Source: Candidatus Aminicenantes bacterium (lineage in GTDB: Bacteria > Acidobacteriota > Aminicenantia > S016-38). Taken from it: a stretch of DNA of 50,314 nt. How positions within the stretch are numbered: the stretch's first letter is position 1; each line of letters starts with the position of its first letter. The notes below the pieces were generated by a model. The model saw only the letters and a program-made list of their open reading frames with translations. It did no database searches and was not told the DNA's origin. The position numbers and the translations under genes are program-made. Where the stretch lies: positions 1 to 50,314 of the forward strand of contig JALVRF010000021.1 in NCBI GenBank assembly GCA_027025175.1, in the 5' to 3' direction. Positions 25,949-33,873 of this stretch are shown piece by piece.

Positions 25949-26854
25949 ATGAAAAGATTAACCTTAATAAGGGAAAGCCGCAGGCCTTTAAACATAAGGA
26001 AATTGCTTGAAAAATCCTATTTTGCCCAGGAAATAGAGGGAAAGGCCACGGTGGGAGTCATAGTAAGCCTTATAAGTTTCAGGGGAAAATACGAGATGGC
26101 CAATGTGGAAGCCGTGGCCGAACTTACAAGGTTCATAAAGGAAATATCCCCTGCCACCAGGGTTATTGTGGCTGCTGCTTCCCATGAGGCATACCAGGAG
26201 GGAAAAAGCACAGAGGAGGCTTTTAAGCGCCTCAAGTATGCCATTGTTAAAAGGGAAGGGGCAGAACTCCTGGCCCTGGAGATGGGGGAATATTCCGAGG
26301 TTGAGTTTGAAACTACCAGGGGGTTAAGGAGGGCGAGGCTTTCAAAATTCAGGGCAGATTTGCTCGTTTCCTTCACCCCTCCCAAAACCCATCCTCTTCT
26401 AATTATCTCATCTACCCTGGACAATCTTGCCTTTGAAATGACCCATCCTGCAGACAGGCAATATCTTTACGGTGGAAAACTCTGGCCGGAAGACCCCCTT
26501 CCCTATTTTAAACTGGCTTCTAAAAACATACTTAAAGTCTTTTCCATAGTGAAACCCCATGTGGGTATAGTGGACGGTCTTTTCGCTGTGGAGGGGAGAG
26601 GGCCCCTTCAGGGAACGCCGGTTTTCCATCAACTGGCCCTTGCCTCCCCTGATTTAGTTCTCGTGGATGCCCTGACGAGCGCCCTGGCTGGAGTTGATCC
26701 GGAAAAGGTCTACTACTTAAAACTTGCCCGGGAAAAGAAACTGGGCAGCATCGATTATTCTAAAACCATACCCAGGGACAGGATCAGACAATACCGGTTT
26801 CCCTACAGACTTCATCCAGCCTCCCAGGCCCTCCTTCAAGGAGGGACAAAATAG
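25949..26854 (+). CDS. DUF362-family protein (divergent)
   Basis: PKTH, IVDG..AVEGRGPLQGTP, ASPDLVLVD...GVDP. Confidence 0.75.
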   Translation: MKRLTLIRESRRPLNIRKLLEKSYFAQEIEGKATVGVIVSLISFRGKYEMANVEAVAELTRFIKEISPATRVIVAAASHEAYQEGKSTEEAFKRLKYAIVKREGAELLALEMGEYSEVEFETTRGLRRARLSKFRADLLVSFTPPKTHPLLIISSTLDNLAFEMTHPADRQYLYGGKLWPEDPLPYFKLASKNILKVFSIVKPHVGIVDGLFAVEGRGPLQGTPVFHQLALASPDLVLVDALTSALAGVDPEKVYYLKLAREKKLGSIDYSKTIPRDRIRQYRFPYRLHPASQALLQGGTK

Positions 26855-27932
26855 ATTTAGCCGCAATCTTTGAGGCCGGGGCTTTGGGAAACATTTCCCT
26901 TATCCGGGAGAACTCTCCTCTGATTTCCTCCTGAAGTTCCCTGTAGCCCAAAATTTTTTCCGTTTCCCTGAGCAGATTTTCAGGGGTGAATTCCCCCTGA
27001 AAGAGCTCCTTGGCCACCTCCCTTCCCGCAAGAATATTGACTATGGAATACTTTTCAAGTTTTACTAAGGGTTTTAGCACGAAGTAAGTTAGGGGCAAAA
27101 GTTTGTAGAAGACGATAAGAGGAGTTTGAAGAAAGGCGGTCTCTAAGGTGGCGGTTCCTGAGGCGGAAAGAACCACCTTGGCATAGGCCATGGCAGAATA
27201 GCGGTGCTCTTCCACGGAAATTATCCCTTCCATGGGGTATTTCATTAGCATTTCCTTTACCGTGGGGGCTACGGCCAGGAACACAGTTATTTGAGGATTT
27301 CTTTCCCTGAACAGTCTTACGAATTCCAGGAGGGTGGGCATGTGGTTTTTAATTTCCATGGGCCTGCTTCCCGGGAGGATGGTTATGAAATTTTCGCTGC
27401 CGTAAATCCTGGTAAATTCCTTCCTGGAAATTTCAGGCTTCACCCTCTCCATTCCAGGATGCCCCACAAAACAATGTGGTATATTCCAGCGACGGTAAAT
27501 TTCCCTTTCAAAGGGATATATCAAAAGTTCCAGGTCCACCAGTTTCTTCACTCTCTTTATTCTTCCTGGTCTCCACGCCCATACAGTGGGGCTTACATAG
27601 TGGATCACCGGGATGTTAATTCTCTTTTTTACCCTCTCCGCCAGCATGAAGTGAAAATCCGGAAGGTCTATCAGGACAAGGGCCGAAGGCCTCCTTTGAA
27701 GGATAACCTCGGTCAGGTTCCTCAGAACCCTCTTTATCCTGGGGAGTTTGGGCAAAATCTCAAAAACCCCTCCCCACTGAACTTCCTCCATGGGATAAAG
27801 AACCTGGAGTCCCTGTTTTTTCAGGTTTTCTCCTCCCACACCGAAGGCAGGCAGGGAAAGTTCTCTGAGCAAATCCGCCCCCCACAGGTCTGCGGAGTAT
27901 TCTCCGGCGGAGAGAAATATTATTTTTTCCAA
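26784..27932 (-). CDS. lpxB: Lipid-A-disaccharide synthase
   Basis: AGEYSAD, IDLPDF, YVSPTVWAWRPGR, FVGHP, LPGSR, ASGTATLE. Confidence 0.95.
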   Translation of the reverse strand: MEKIIFLSAGEYSADLWGADLLRELSLPAFGVGGENLKKQGLQVLYPMEEVQWGGVFEILPKLPRIKRVLRNLTEVILQRRPSALVLIDLPDFHFMLAERVKKRINIPVIHYVSPTVWAWRPGRIKRVKKLVDLELLIYPFEREIYRRWNIPHCFVGHPGMERVKPEISRKEFTRIYGSENFITILPGSRPMEIKNHMPTLLEFVRLFRERNPQITVFLAVAPTVKEMLMKYPMEGIISVEEHRYSAMAYAKVVLSASGTATLETAFLQTPLIVFYKLLPLTYFVLKPLVKLEKYSIVNILAGREVAKELFQGEFTPENLLRETEKILGYRELQEEIRGEFSRIREMFPKAPASKIAAKSILSLLEGGPGRLDEVCRETGIV

Positions 27933-28408
27933 TATACCTTCCGGAATTTTTTGTCGCTGAGCCGGACTATGAAAAGCCAGTCCTCGTATTGGTTGCTTCC
28001 CTTGTAGGTTAGAACGGACTCCCCGGTGGCCCTGGGAGCAACCCCTATGAGGGCCGGTTTTGGAAACTGTCCTGCCTGTTCTTCTTTGACCAGATAAACA
28101 AAATCAGGGTTGGGCACCTGGGGTAACATCACCAGGTACCAGTTTCCCCTGGAAAGGGGGTCCCTCCACTTCCTGCGCAGAAATTTCTCCTTGACGAGTT
28201 GGGCCAGGTTTTTAGGCAATTTTCCAGGATGTTTTCGGGTATACATCCCTATAGCATTTACTATTCTGCTCCCCCTGAAGATAGCCTCTTTCTCCAGGTT
28301 CCTCTTTATCTGGGTTTCCCACACAGGAATGGCCACCATTAAGGAAAGATTCACCAGGAAGAGAACGAAAATTATGGTTATGAAAGTGTATCCCCTCTGG
28401 TTTACCAT
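27920..28408 (-). CDS. Minor (pseudo)pilin lacking Glu5 (GspK/PilX-like)
   Basis: QRG|YTFITII class III signal without E5; FLRRKWRDPL. Confidence 0.75.
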   Translation of the reverse strand: MVNQRGYTFITIIFVLFLVNLSLMVAIPVWETQIKRNLEKEAIFRGSRIVNAIGMYTRKHPGKLPKNLAQLVKEKFLRRKWRDPLSRGNWYLVMLPQVPNPDFVYLVKEEQAGQFPKPALIGVAPRATGESVLTYKGSNQYEDWLFIVRLSDKKFRKVYWKK

Positions 28409-28809
28409 TGATTGTAAGGGGTTCCCTCGGTGGAAATTTTGTCAGAACCGGATTTCACATCAATGACCCCTGGAATTTTTCCCTCGGCAATTTCCTCAAG
28501 GCTCAACTCCTCCTGAACCTCCACCCAGGTATCCGCGGCCCCGGTTATGGGATCCACAGGAATGGCCCTCAGGTATTTCCTCTCAACCAGTTCCTGAAGG
28601 GATTGAGGATATCTTCCCCGGTCCAGTTTGAATTGCTGAATGAGTTTTCTCATCTGGAAGAGGTCCTCCCTCAGGGCCGCCTCCTTGGCCTTCCTCATGG
28701 AGTTGTAATAATTAGGAACTGCTATGGCCGCCAGAATGCCTATAATGGTCATTACCACCAGAAGTTCAAGGAGGGTGAAACCCTTACCATTTCCTGTAGG
28801 GTATTCCAT
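28402..28809 (-). CDS. GspG-like (pseudo)pilin
   Basis: KG|FTLLELLVVMTIIGILAAIAVP; YPQSLQELV..YLRAIPVDP. Confidence 0.9.
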   Translation of the reverse strand: MEYPTGNGKGFTLLELLVVMTIIGILAAIAVPNYYNSMRKAKEAALREDLFQMRKLIQQFKLDRGRYPQSLQELVERKYLRAIPVDPITGAADTWVEVQEELSLEEIAEGKIPGVIDVKSGSDKISTEGTPYNQW

Positions 28810-29242
28810 TTAATCCCACCTCCAGGGACCTTGTGTAAACATCGTAAACATTCTGTCCTCCCCAGGTGTCCGAATCCGGCTCGTCCTGATATGAGCGAAG
28901 ACCCCAGTCAAAGGATTCTGTCATGGGATCCCAGGGAATTCTCCTGAGAAATTTTATCTTTAACTCCTTTTTGTCCGTGGCTTCCGCTCCTTCCACCAGT
29001 ATTTCAAGGTTGGGGGGATAACCTAATGTGGTCAGGGGATTTTCAACCTTGATTTTTTTTGCATCCGCCATTTTCTTGTATTCGTCTATGGCAGTTCTGA
29101 TGGTCCTGAGGGCGTACATAAGTTCTATTTCCTTCTTCTTCTTAACCACGGTGTATGAAAGGGGAATCACTGCCATGGCAAGAACCGAAAGAATTCCTGC
29201 CACGGCTATGAGTTCTACATAGGTGAATCCCTTATCTTTCAT
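28784..29242 (-). CDS. GspG-like (pseudo)pilin
   Basis: KG|FTYVELI; YPPNLEILV; FLRRIPWDPMT. Confidence 0.9.
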   Translation of the reverse strand: MKDKGFTYVELIAVAGILSVLAMAVIPLSYTVVKKKKEIELMYALRTIRTAIDEYKKMADAKKIKVENPLTTLGYPPNLEILVEGAEATDKKELKIKFLRRIPWDPMTESFDWGLRSYQDEPDSDTWGGQNVYDVYTRSLEVGLNGIPYRKW

Positions 29243-31418
29243 TCCTTCTCGGAGGTCTTTTCCTCCGGTTGAAACCCCTTTTCCTGTCGTCCCGGTGATG
29301 ATGGGGTCTTCGATTCTCCTCCCCCTCTTCCCCTTCCCCTTTTTCTATTTCTTCCAGGACTTTTTTGGAAAGTTTAATCCTGTCATATTCGTCCTTGGCT
29401 ATCACCTTCACCACCACTTCCTGTCCTTCCCTGAGCACATCCCTCACGCTTCTGATTCTTTTGTGGGAGATTTCCGATATGTGAAGAAGTCCCACGACAT
29501 TGGGGAGAATTTCTATAAAGGCCCCATAGTCCTCTATTCTGACCACCTTTCCAATGTATATTTTCCCAACCTCGGCGCTCTGGGTAACCTCTTCCACCGC
29601 CTTTTTCGCGGCGTCGGCCTCCTCCACGGTGTCCGCTGCGATAATCACGCTTCCGTCCTGCTCTATGTTTATCTTTGCTCCGGTCCTTTCAATAATTCCC
29701 TTTATGGTCCGTCCTGCAGGGCCTATGAGGTCCTTTATCTTGGCTGGATTTATGTGAAGGGTTATTATCCTGGGAGCATACTGGGAAATGGAATTTCTTG
29801 GTTCAGGAATGACCTCTAACATTCTCTCCAGGACGAAAAGCCTTGCCTCTCTGGCCTGGGCAAGGGCCTTACTGAGTATTTCATAGGAGACCTTCTTTAT
29901 CTTTATGTCCATCTGAAGGGCGGTTATCCCTTCCTTGGAGCCTGCCACCTTGAAGTCCATGTCCCCGTAGTGGTCTTCAAGACCTGCTATGTCCGTAAGA
30001 ATGGCGTATTTATCGTCGCTTTCGTATATAAGGCCCATGGCTATCCCTGCCACGGGATACTTGAGGGGAACTCCAGCGTCCATTAGGGAAAGGCATCCTC
30101 CGCAGACCGTGGCCATGGAGGACGAGCCGTTGGACTCCAGGATGTCAGAAACCACTCTTATGGTGTAGGGGAAATCCTCCTCCGGAGGTATGGCGGGCCT
30201 CAAAGCCCTCTCTGCCAGGGCTCCGTGGCCTATCTCCCTTCTTGAAGGGGAGCGAAGGGGAGCGACCTCTCCAACGCAGAAGGGGGGGAAGTTGTAATGG
30301 AGCATGAACCTCTTGAAATCTTCCCCCTGTAGAAGGTCCAGTCTCTGGATATCCTCAAAGGTTCCCAAGGTGGTGGTAACCAGGGCCTGGGTTTCTCCCC
30401 TTTGAAACAGGGCTGAACCGTGAGCCCTGGGAAGAAGTCCCACCTCTATATGGAGGGAACGCACTTCATTGAAGGCTCTGCCGTCGGGCCTGCGGCCCTC
30501 ATCAAGCACCTGCCTCCTGAAAATCCTCTTCTTTACCTCGTCGAAGAGCTTCCCCTGAAGTTCCTGCTCTTCCTCGGGAAATTCCTCAAGGAATTTATCC
30601 TTTAGTTCGCTTATGGCCTTTTCCTTGTTAAGTTTTCCCTCAAGATTTATGGCTTGCTTTAGCTCCTGGCCTATTTTTTCCTCAATTTCCTTAAGGGCGT
30701 CCTCGGGAAGAACCTCCTCCTGGAATTCCCTCTTGGGCTTCCCATATTTCTCAGTGAATTTCTCTATGGCTTCCACTATTTTTTTTATTTCTTCGTGGGC
30801 TACCTGAAAGGCCTCCACCAGAAAATCCTCGGAGACCTGCTCTGCCCCAGCCTCCACCATGACAATACCATCCTTAGAGCCTGCCACCACCAAGTTTAAT
30901 TTGGAGTTCTCTAACTGGGAATTTGTGGGATTTACCACAAACTCCCCGTCTATGTATCCAAGCCTTACAGCGGCGATGGGAATGCGGTATGGGATGTCGG
31001 AAATCATGAGGGCAGTGGAAGCGCCGATTATTCCCAGAACATCGGATTCGTTTTCCCTGTCGTAACTGAGGAGGGAGACCACTATCTGGGTGTCATAATG
31101 ATAGCCAGCAGGGAAAAGGGGCCTTATGGGCCTGTCTATGAGGCGGCTTGTGGTGACCTCCCTTTCCGTGGGCTTCCCTTCCCTTTTAAAGAATCCACCG
31201 GGGATTTTTCCTGCAGCGTAGGTATTTTCCCTGTAATCCACCAGCAGAGGCAGGAAATCCACCCCTTCCCTTTCCTTTTTGGATGAGGTGGCGGTGACCA
31301 GAACCATGGTGTCCCCGTATTTGACCACCACGGCGCCGTTAGCCTGTTTCGCTAATTTGCCTGTGGATATGGAAAGTTGTCTTCCCCCTACCTCTATCTC
31401 TATTTTTCCCTCGGACAT
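29232..31418 (-). CDS. pnp: Polyribonucleotide nucleotidyltransferase
   Basis: AAGKIPGGFFKREG, RREIGHG, ESNGSSSMA, GDMDFKVAG, KH and S1 domains. Confidence 0.98.
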   Translation of the reverse strand: MSEGKIEIEVGGRQLSISTGKLAKQANGAVVVKYGDTMVLVTATSSKKEREGVDFLPLLVDYRENTYAAGKIPGGFFKREGKPTEREVTTSRLIDRPIRPLFPAGYHYDTQIVVSLLSYDRENESDVLGIIGASTALMISDIPYRIPIAAVRLGYIDGEFVVNPTNSQLENSKLNLVVAGSKDGIVMVEAGAEQVSEDFLVEAFQVAHEEIKKIVEAIEKFTEKYGKPKREFQEEVLPEDALKEIEEKIGQELKQAINLEGKLNKEKAISELKDKFLEEFPEEEQELQGKLFDEVKKRIFRRQVLDEGRRPDGRAFNEVRSLHIEVGLLPRAHGSALFQRGETQALVTTTLGTFEDIQRLDLLQGEDFKRFMLHYNFPPFCVGEVAPLRSPSRREIGHGALAERALRPAIPPEEDFPYTIRVVSDILESNGSSSMATVCGGCLSLMDAGVPLKYPVAGIAMGLIYESDDKYAILTDIAGLEDHYGDMDFKVAGSKEGITALQMDIKIKKVSYEILSKALAQAREARLFVLERMLEVIPEPRNSISQYAPRIITLHINPAKIKDLIGPAGRTIKGIIERTGAKINIEQDGSVIIAADTVEEADAAKKAVEEVTQSAEVGKIYIGKVVRIEDYGAFIEILPNVVGLLHISEISHKRIRSVRDVLREGQEVVVKVIAKDEYDRIKLSKKVLEEIEKGEGEEGEENRRPHHHRDDRKRGFNRRKRPPRRNER

Positions 31419-31420
31419 CT

Positions 31421-31690
31421 CTACTTCCTCAGCCCGAGTTTCTTGATTACTTCCCTGTATCTGTTGAAGTCGGTTTTCTTCAGGTAGTTGAGGAGCCGCC
31501 TCCTCTGACCTATAAGCATCATCATTCCCCTTCTGGAATGGTAGTCCTTTTTGTGCACCTTGAAATGCTCTGTAAGTCTCTTAATTCTCTCGGTGAGCAG
31601 GGCAATTTGCACCTCAGGGGAGCCGGAGTCCTTCTCGTGAATCTGAAACTCCTTAATTATCCTCTCCTTCTCTTCCTTGGTCAGAGCCAA
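31421..31690 (-). CDS. rpsO: 30S ribosomal protein S15
   Basis: [26 protein letters not shown]; TTG start with SD GGAGGG. Confidence 0.98.
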   Translation of the reverse strand: MALTKEEKERIIKEFQIHEKDSGSPEVQIALLTERIKRLTEHFKVHKKDYHSRRGMMMLIGQRRRLLNYLKKTDFNRYREVIKKLGLRK

Positions 31691-31702
31691 TTTTTCCCTC
31701 CT

Positions 31703-31749
31703 TTGAAAAGTTTACTCTAAATTATAAAATAAAAATAACCCCTTTTCAA
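31703..31749. promoter_or_regulatory. Overlapping divergent sigma70 promoters (rpsO operon and S9 peptidase)
   Basis: Minus strand TTGAAA-17-TATAAT (31749-31721); plus strand TTGAAA-16-TAAAAT (31703-31730). Confidence 0.7.
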
Positions 31750-31767
31750 TGGGGAAAGGAGGCGATC

Positions 31768-33744
31768 ATGAGAAAAACTGTCATAATACTGCTGCTCGCT
31801 CTTCCAGCCTTCCTTTTTCCTAAGAGGCTGGAGTTTAAGGATTTCATAAGGGTTTCCGGAATAAGGGATATACAGGTTTCCCCGGATGGAAATACCCTGG
31901 CCTTCGTGGTTTCCACACCTTCGCTTAAGGAAAACCGCAATTTCTCCTACATCTACATGCTTGACCTTAAGACAGGCGAATACTGGCAGGCCACTTCCTC
32001 TGGAAGGGATTTTTCTCCCAGGTTCACCCCTGAAGGGGCGCTTTCCTTCCTTTCTGCCAGGGACGGCAAGGTGAAGATTTACCTTATTCCTAAATGGGGA
32101 GGGGAGGCCAGGGTTCTTCTGGAATTCGCTGCGAACATAACGGATTTCCGGTTTTCTCCGGACGGAAAATACATCCTCTTCACCGCCGATGTGCTCCCTG
32201 GCTACCGGAATTTCAAGGACTTAGAGAAAAAACTTAAAGAAAAATCCAAAAGGAAATGGTTCGCCACAGCGCACCTTTTCTACAGGGTGTGGAATCAGTG
32301 GAGGGAGGGGCTTTATTCCCACCTTTTCCTGGCCACCCGGGATGGGAAGGTTTTAAAAGACCTGATGAGGGGACTTCGTAAGGATTGTCCTCCCTTAGAC
32401 CTGGGAACCTCCCACGATTTCGTCTTCGCTAACGGTGGAGTCTATTTTGTGATGAATCCCTCCCCTGAGCCTGCCCTTAATACCAACAACGATATTTTCT
32501 TCTACGATTTAGGAAAGTCCAGCATTGTCAAGATAACCTCAGGGAAGGGTAACGACTCCGGGCCGGTTACCACCCCCTATGGGCTGGCATGGCTTAAAAT
32601 GCGCAGGCCAGGTTACGAGTCGGACCAGACCGAAATTTACATAAAAACCCAGAAGGGGCCCAGGAACCTTACCTCTTCCTTGGACAGGCACATAGTGGAC
32701 TTTCTCTGGGGTGACGGTAGGTTCTACTTTACTGCCTACGACCAGGGATATCATCCCATTTACTCGGTGGACCTCAAGGGAAGGGTGAAGAAAGTTCTGG
32801 GAAAGGTTTACGCAAAAAATTTGGTTTATTCCAGGGGGAGGCTTTTCTTTACCAACGAGGCGGTTAACATGCCCCCGGAGGTTTATTCCTTGGATTTAGC
32901 AAGCAATAAACTCAAAAGGCTCACCTCCATAAACCAGGAGGCGGTAAAGGGGGTTGAGATGAATCCCTTAGAGAGTTTCTGGTTCAGGGGAGCCAACGGG
33001 GACAGGGTTCAGGGCTTCATAGTGAAGCCTCCGGATTTTGACCCCAAGAAAAAATATCCCACAGTTATGCTCATTCACGGTGGCCCCCAGGGGATGTGGG
33101 GCGACGATTTTCATCCCCGCTGGAATATATCCATGTTCGCTTCCCCGGGTTATGTGGTGGTTATGGTGAATTTCCACGGCTCCAAGGGATATGGGATAAA
33201 GTTCACTGACAGCATAAACAGGGATTGGGGAGGAAAACCTTACAGGGACATCGTCCTGGGGATGAAATACGCCATCAGGAAGTTCCCTTTCATAGATAAG
33301 GAAAGGATAGGGGCGGCAGGGGCCTCCTACGGTGGCTACATGATAGACTGGATAGAGGGGCACAACCCAGGGATTTTCAAGGTTCTGGTTTCCCACGCCG
33401 GTGTTTACGACCTTCCCAGCATGTATGGTGCCACGGAGGAACTCTGGTTCCCCCGCTGGGAATACGGTGGACCTCCCTGGGAAGTTCCTGAAATTTACCG
33501 TAAACTTTCCCCTTCTTCCTATGTGAAGAATTTCAAAACCCCGTGCCTGGTAATAGCCGGAGAGCACGACTACAGGGTTCCCTATACCCAATCCCTCCAG
33601 TTCTTCACTGCACTCAAGGAGATGGGGGTTGAGGCAAAACTCCTTTTCTTCCACGACGAATACCATTTCGTGGTTAAAGCCCGCAACAGAAAGGTCTGGT
33701 GGAAGGAGGTATTATCCTGGCTGGATGCTCATCTGAAAAGGTAA
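31768..33744 (+). CDS. Exported S9-family peptidase (dipeptidyl/acylaminoacyl peptidase)
   Basis: Signal peptide, SPDG propeller repeats, IHGGP, GASYGG, DYRVP, DEYH. Confidence 0.93.
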   Translation: MRKTVIILLLALPAFLFPKRLEFKDFIRVSGIRDIQVSPDGNTLAFVVSTPSLKENRNFSYIYMLDLKTGEYWQATSSGRDFSPRFTPEGALSFLSARDGKVKIYLIPKWGGEARVLLEFAANITDFRFSPDGKYILFTADVLPGYRNFKDLEKKLKEKSKRKWFATAHLFYRVWNQWREGLYSHLFLATRDGKVLKDLMRGLRKDCPPLDLGTSHDFVFANGGVYFVMNPSPEPALNTNNDIFFYDLGKSSIVKITSGKGNDSGPVTTPYGLAWLKMRRPGYESDQTEIYIKTQKGPRNLTSSLDRHIVDFLWGDGRFYFTAYDQGYHPIYSVDLKGRVKKVLGKVYAKNLVYSRGRLFFTNEAVNMPPEVYSLDLASNKLKRLTSINQEAVKGVEMNPLESFWFRGANGDRVQGFIVKPPDFDPKKKYPTVMLIHGGPQGMWGDDFHPRWNISMFASPGYVVVMVNFHGSKGYGIKFTDSINRDWGGKPYRDIVLGMKYAIRKFPFIDKERIGAAGASYGGYMIDWIEGHNPGIFKVLVSHAGVYDLPSMYGATEELWFPRWEYGGPPWEVPEIYRKLSPSSYVKNFKTPCLVIAGEHDYRVPYTQSLQFFTALKEMGVEAKLLFFHDEYHFVVKARNRKVWWKEVLSWLDAHLKR

Positions 33745-33762
33745 CTTCAATTTTTTGAATTA

Positions 33763-33771
33763 TGGTATAAT
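33763..33771 (+). promoter_or_regulatory. Extended -10 promoter of the tRNA
   Basis: TGGTATAAT 8 nt upstream of the tRNA 5' end. Confidence 0.75.
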
Positions 33772-33779
33772 TTTAAGGT

Positions 33780-33865
33780 GCCGAAGTGGCGGAATTGGCA
33801 GACGCGCTAGATTCAGGATCTAGTGGGCGTTGCCCGTAGGGGTTCGAGTCCCCTCTTCGGCACCA
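33780..33865 (+). tRNA. tRNA-Leu(CAG)
   Basis: Acceptor GCCGAAG/CTTCGGC, discriminator A, encoded CCA; anticodon arm CTAGA-TTCAGGA-TCTAG; long variable arm GGGC-GTT-GCCC; T loop GTTCGAG. Confidence 0.97.
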
Positions 33866-33873
33866 ATTTTATT

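Noticed and set aside
27291-28007. 238-aa plus-strand ORF
   Set aside because: Antisense shadow of lpxB with no motifs
31691-31720. S15 autoregulatory leader RNA upstream of rpsO
   Set aside because: Predicted leader is only about 24 nt with no convincing structure
32968-33666. 232-aa minus-strand ORF (and similar ones at 1194-1778, 21711-22358, 29223-29819, 44846-45505)
   Set aside because: Antisense shadows of well-supported genes, explained by codon bias
33780-33865. tRNA as an integration site for a genomic island
   Set aside because: No integrase, no duplicated tRNA 3' end noticed, no compositional shift downstream
33823-33873. N-terminal extension of the 881-aa kinase ORF from GTG 33823
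   Set aside because: Lies within the tRNA-Leu gene
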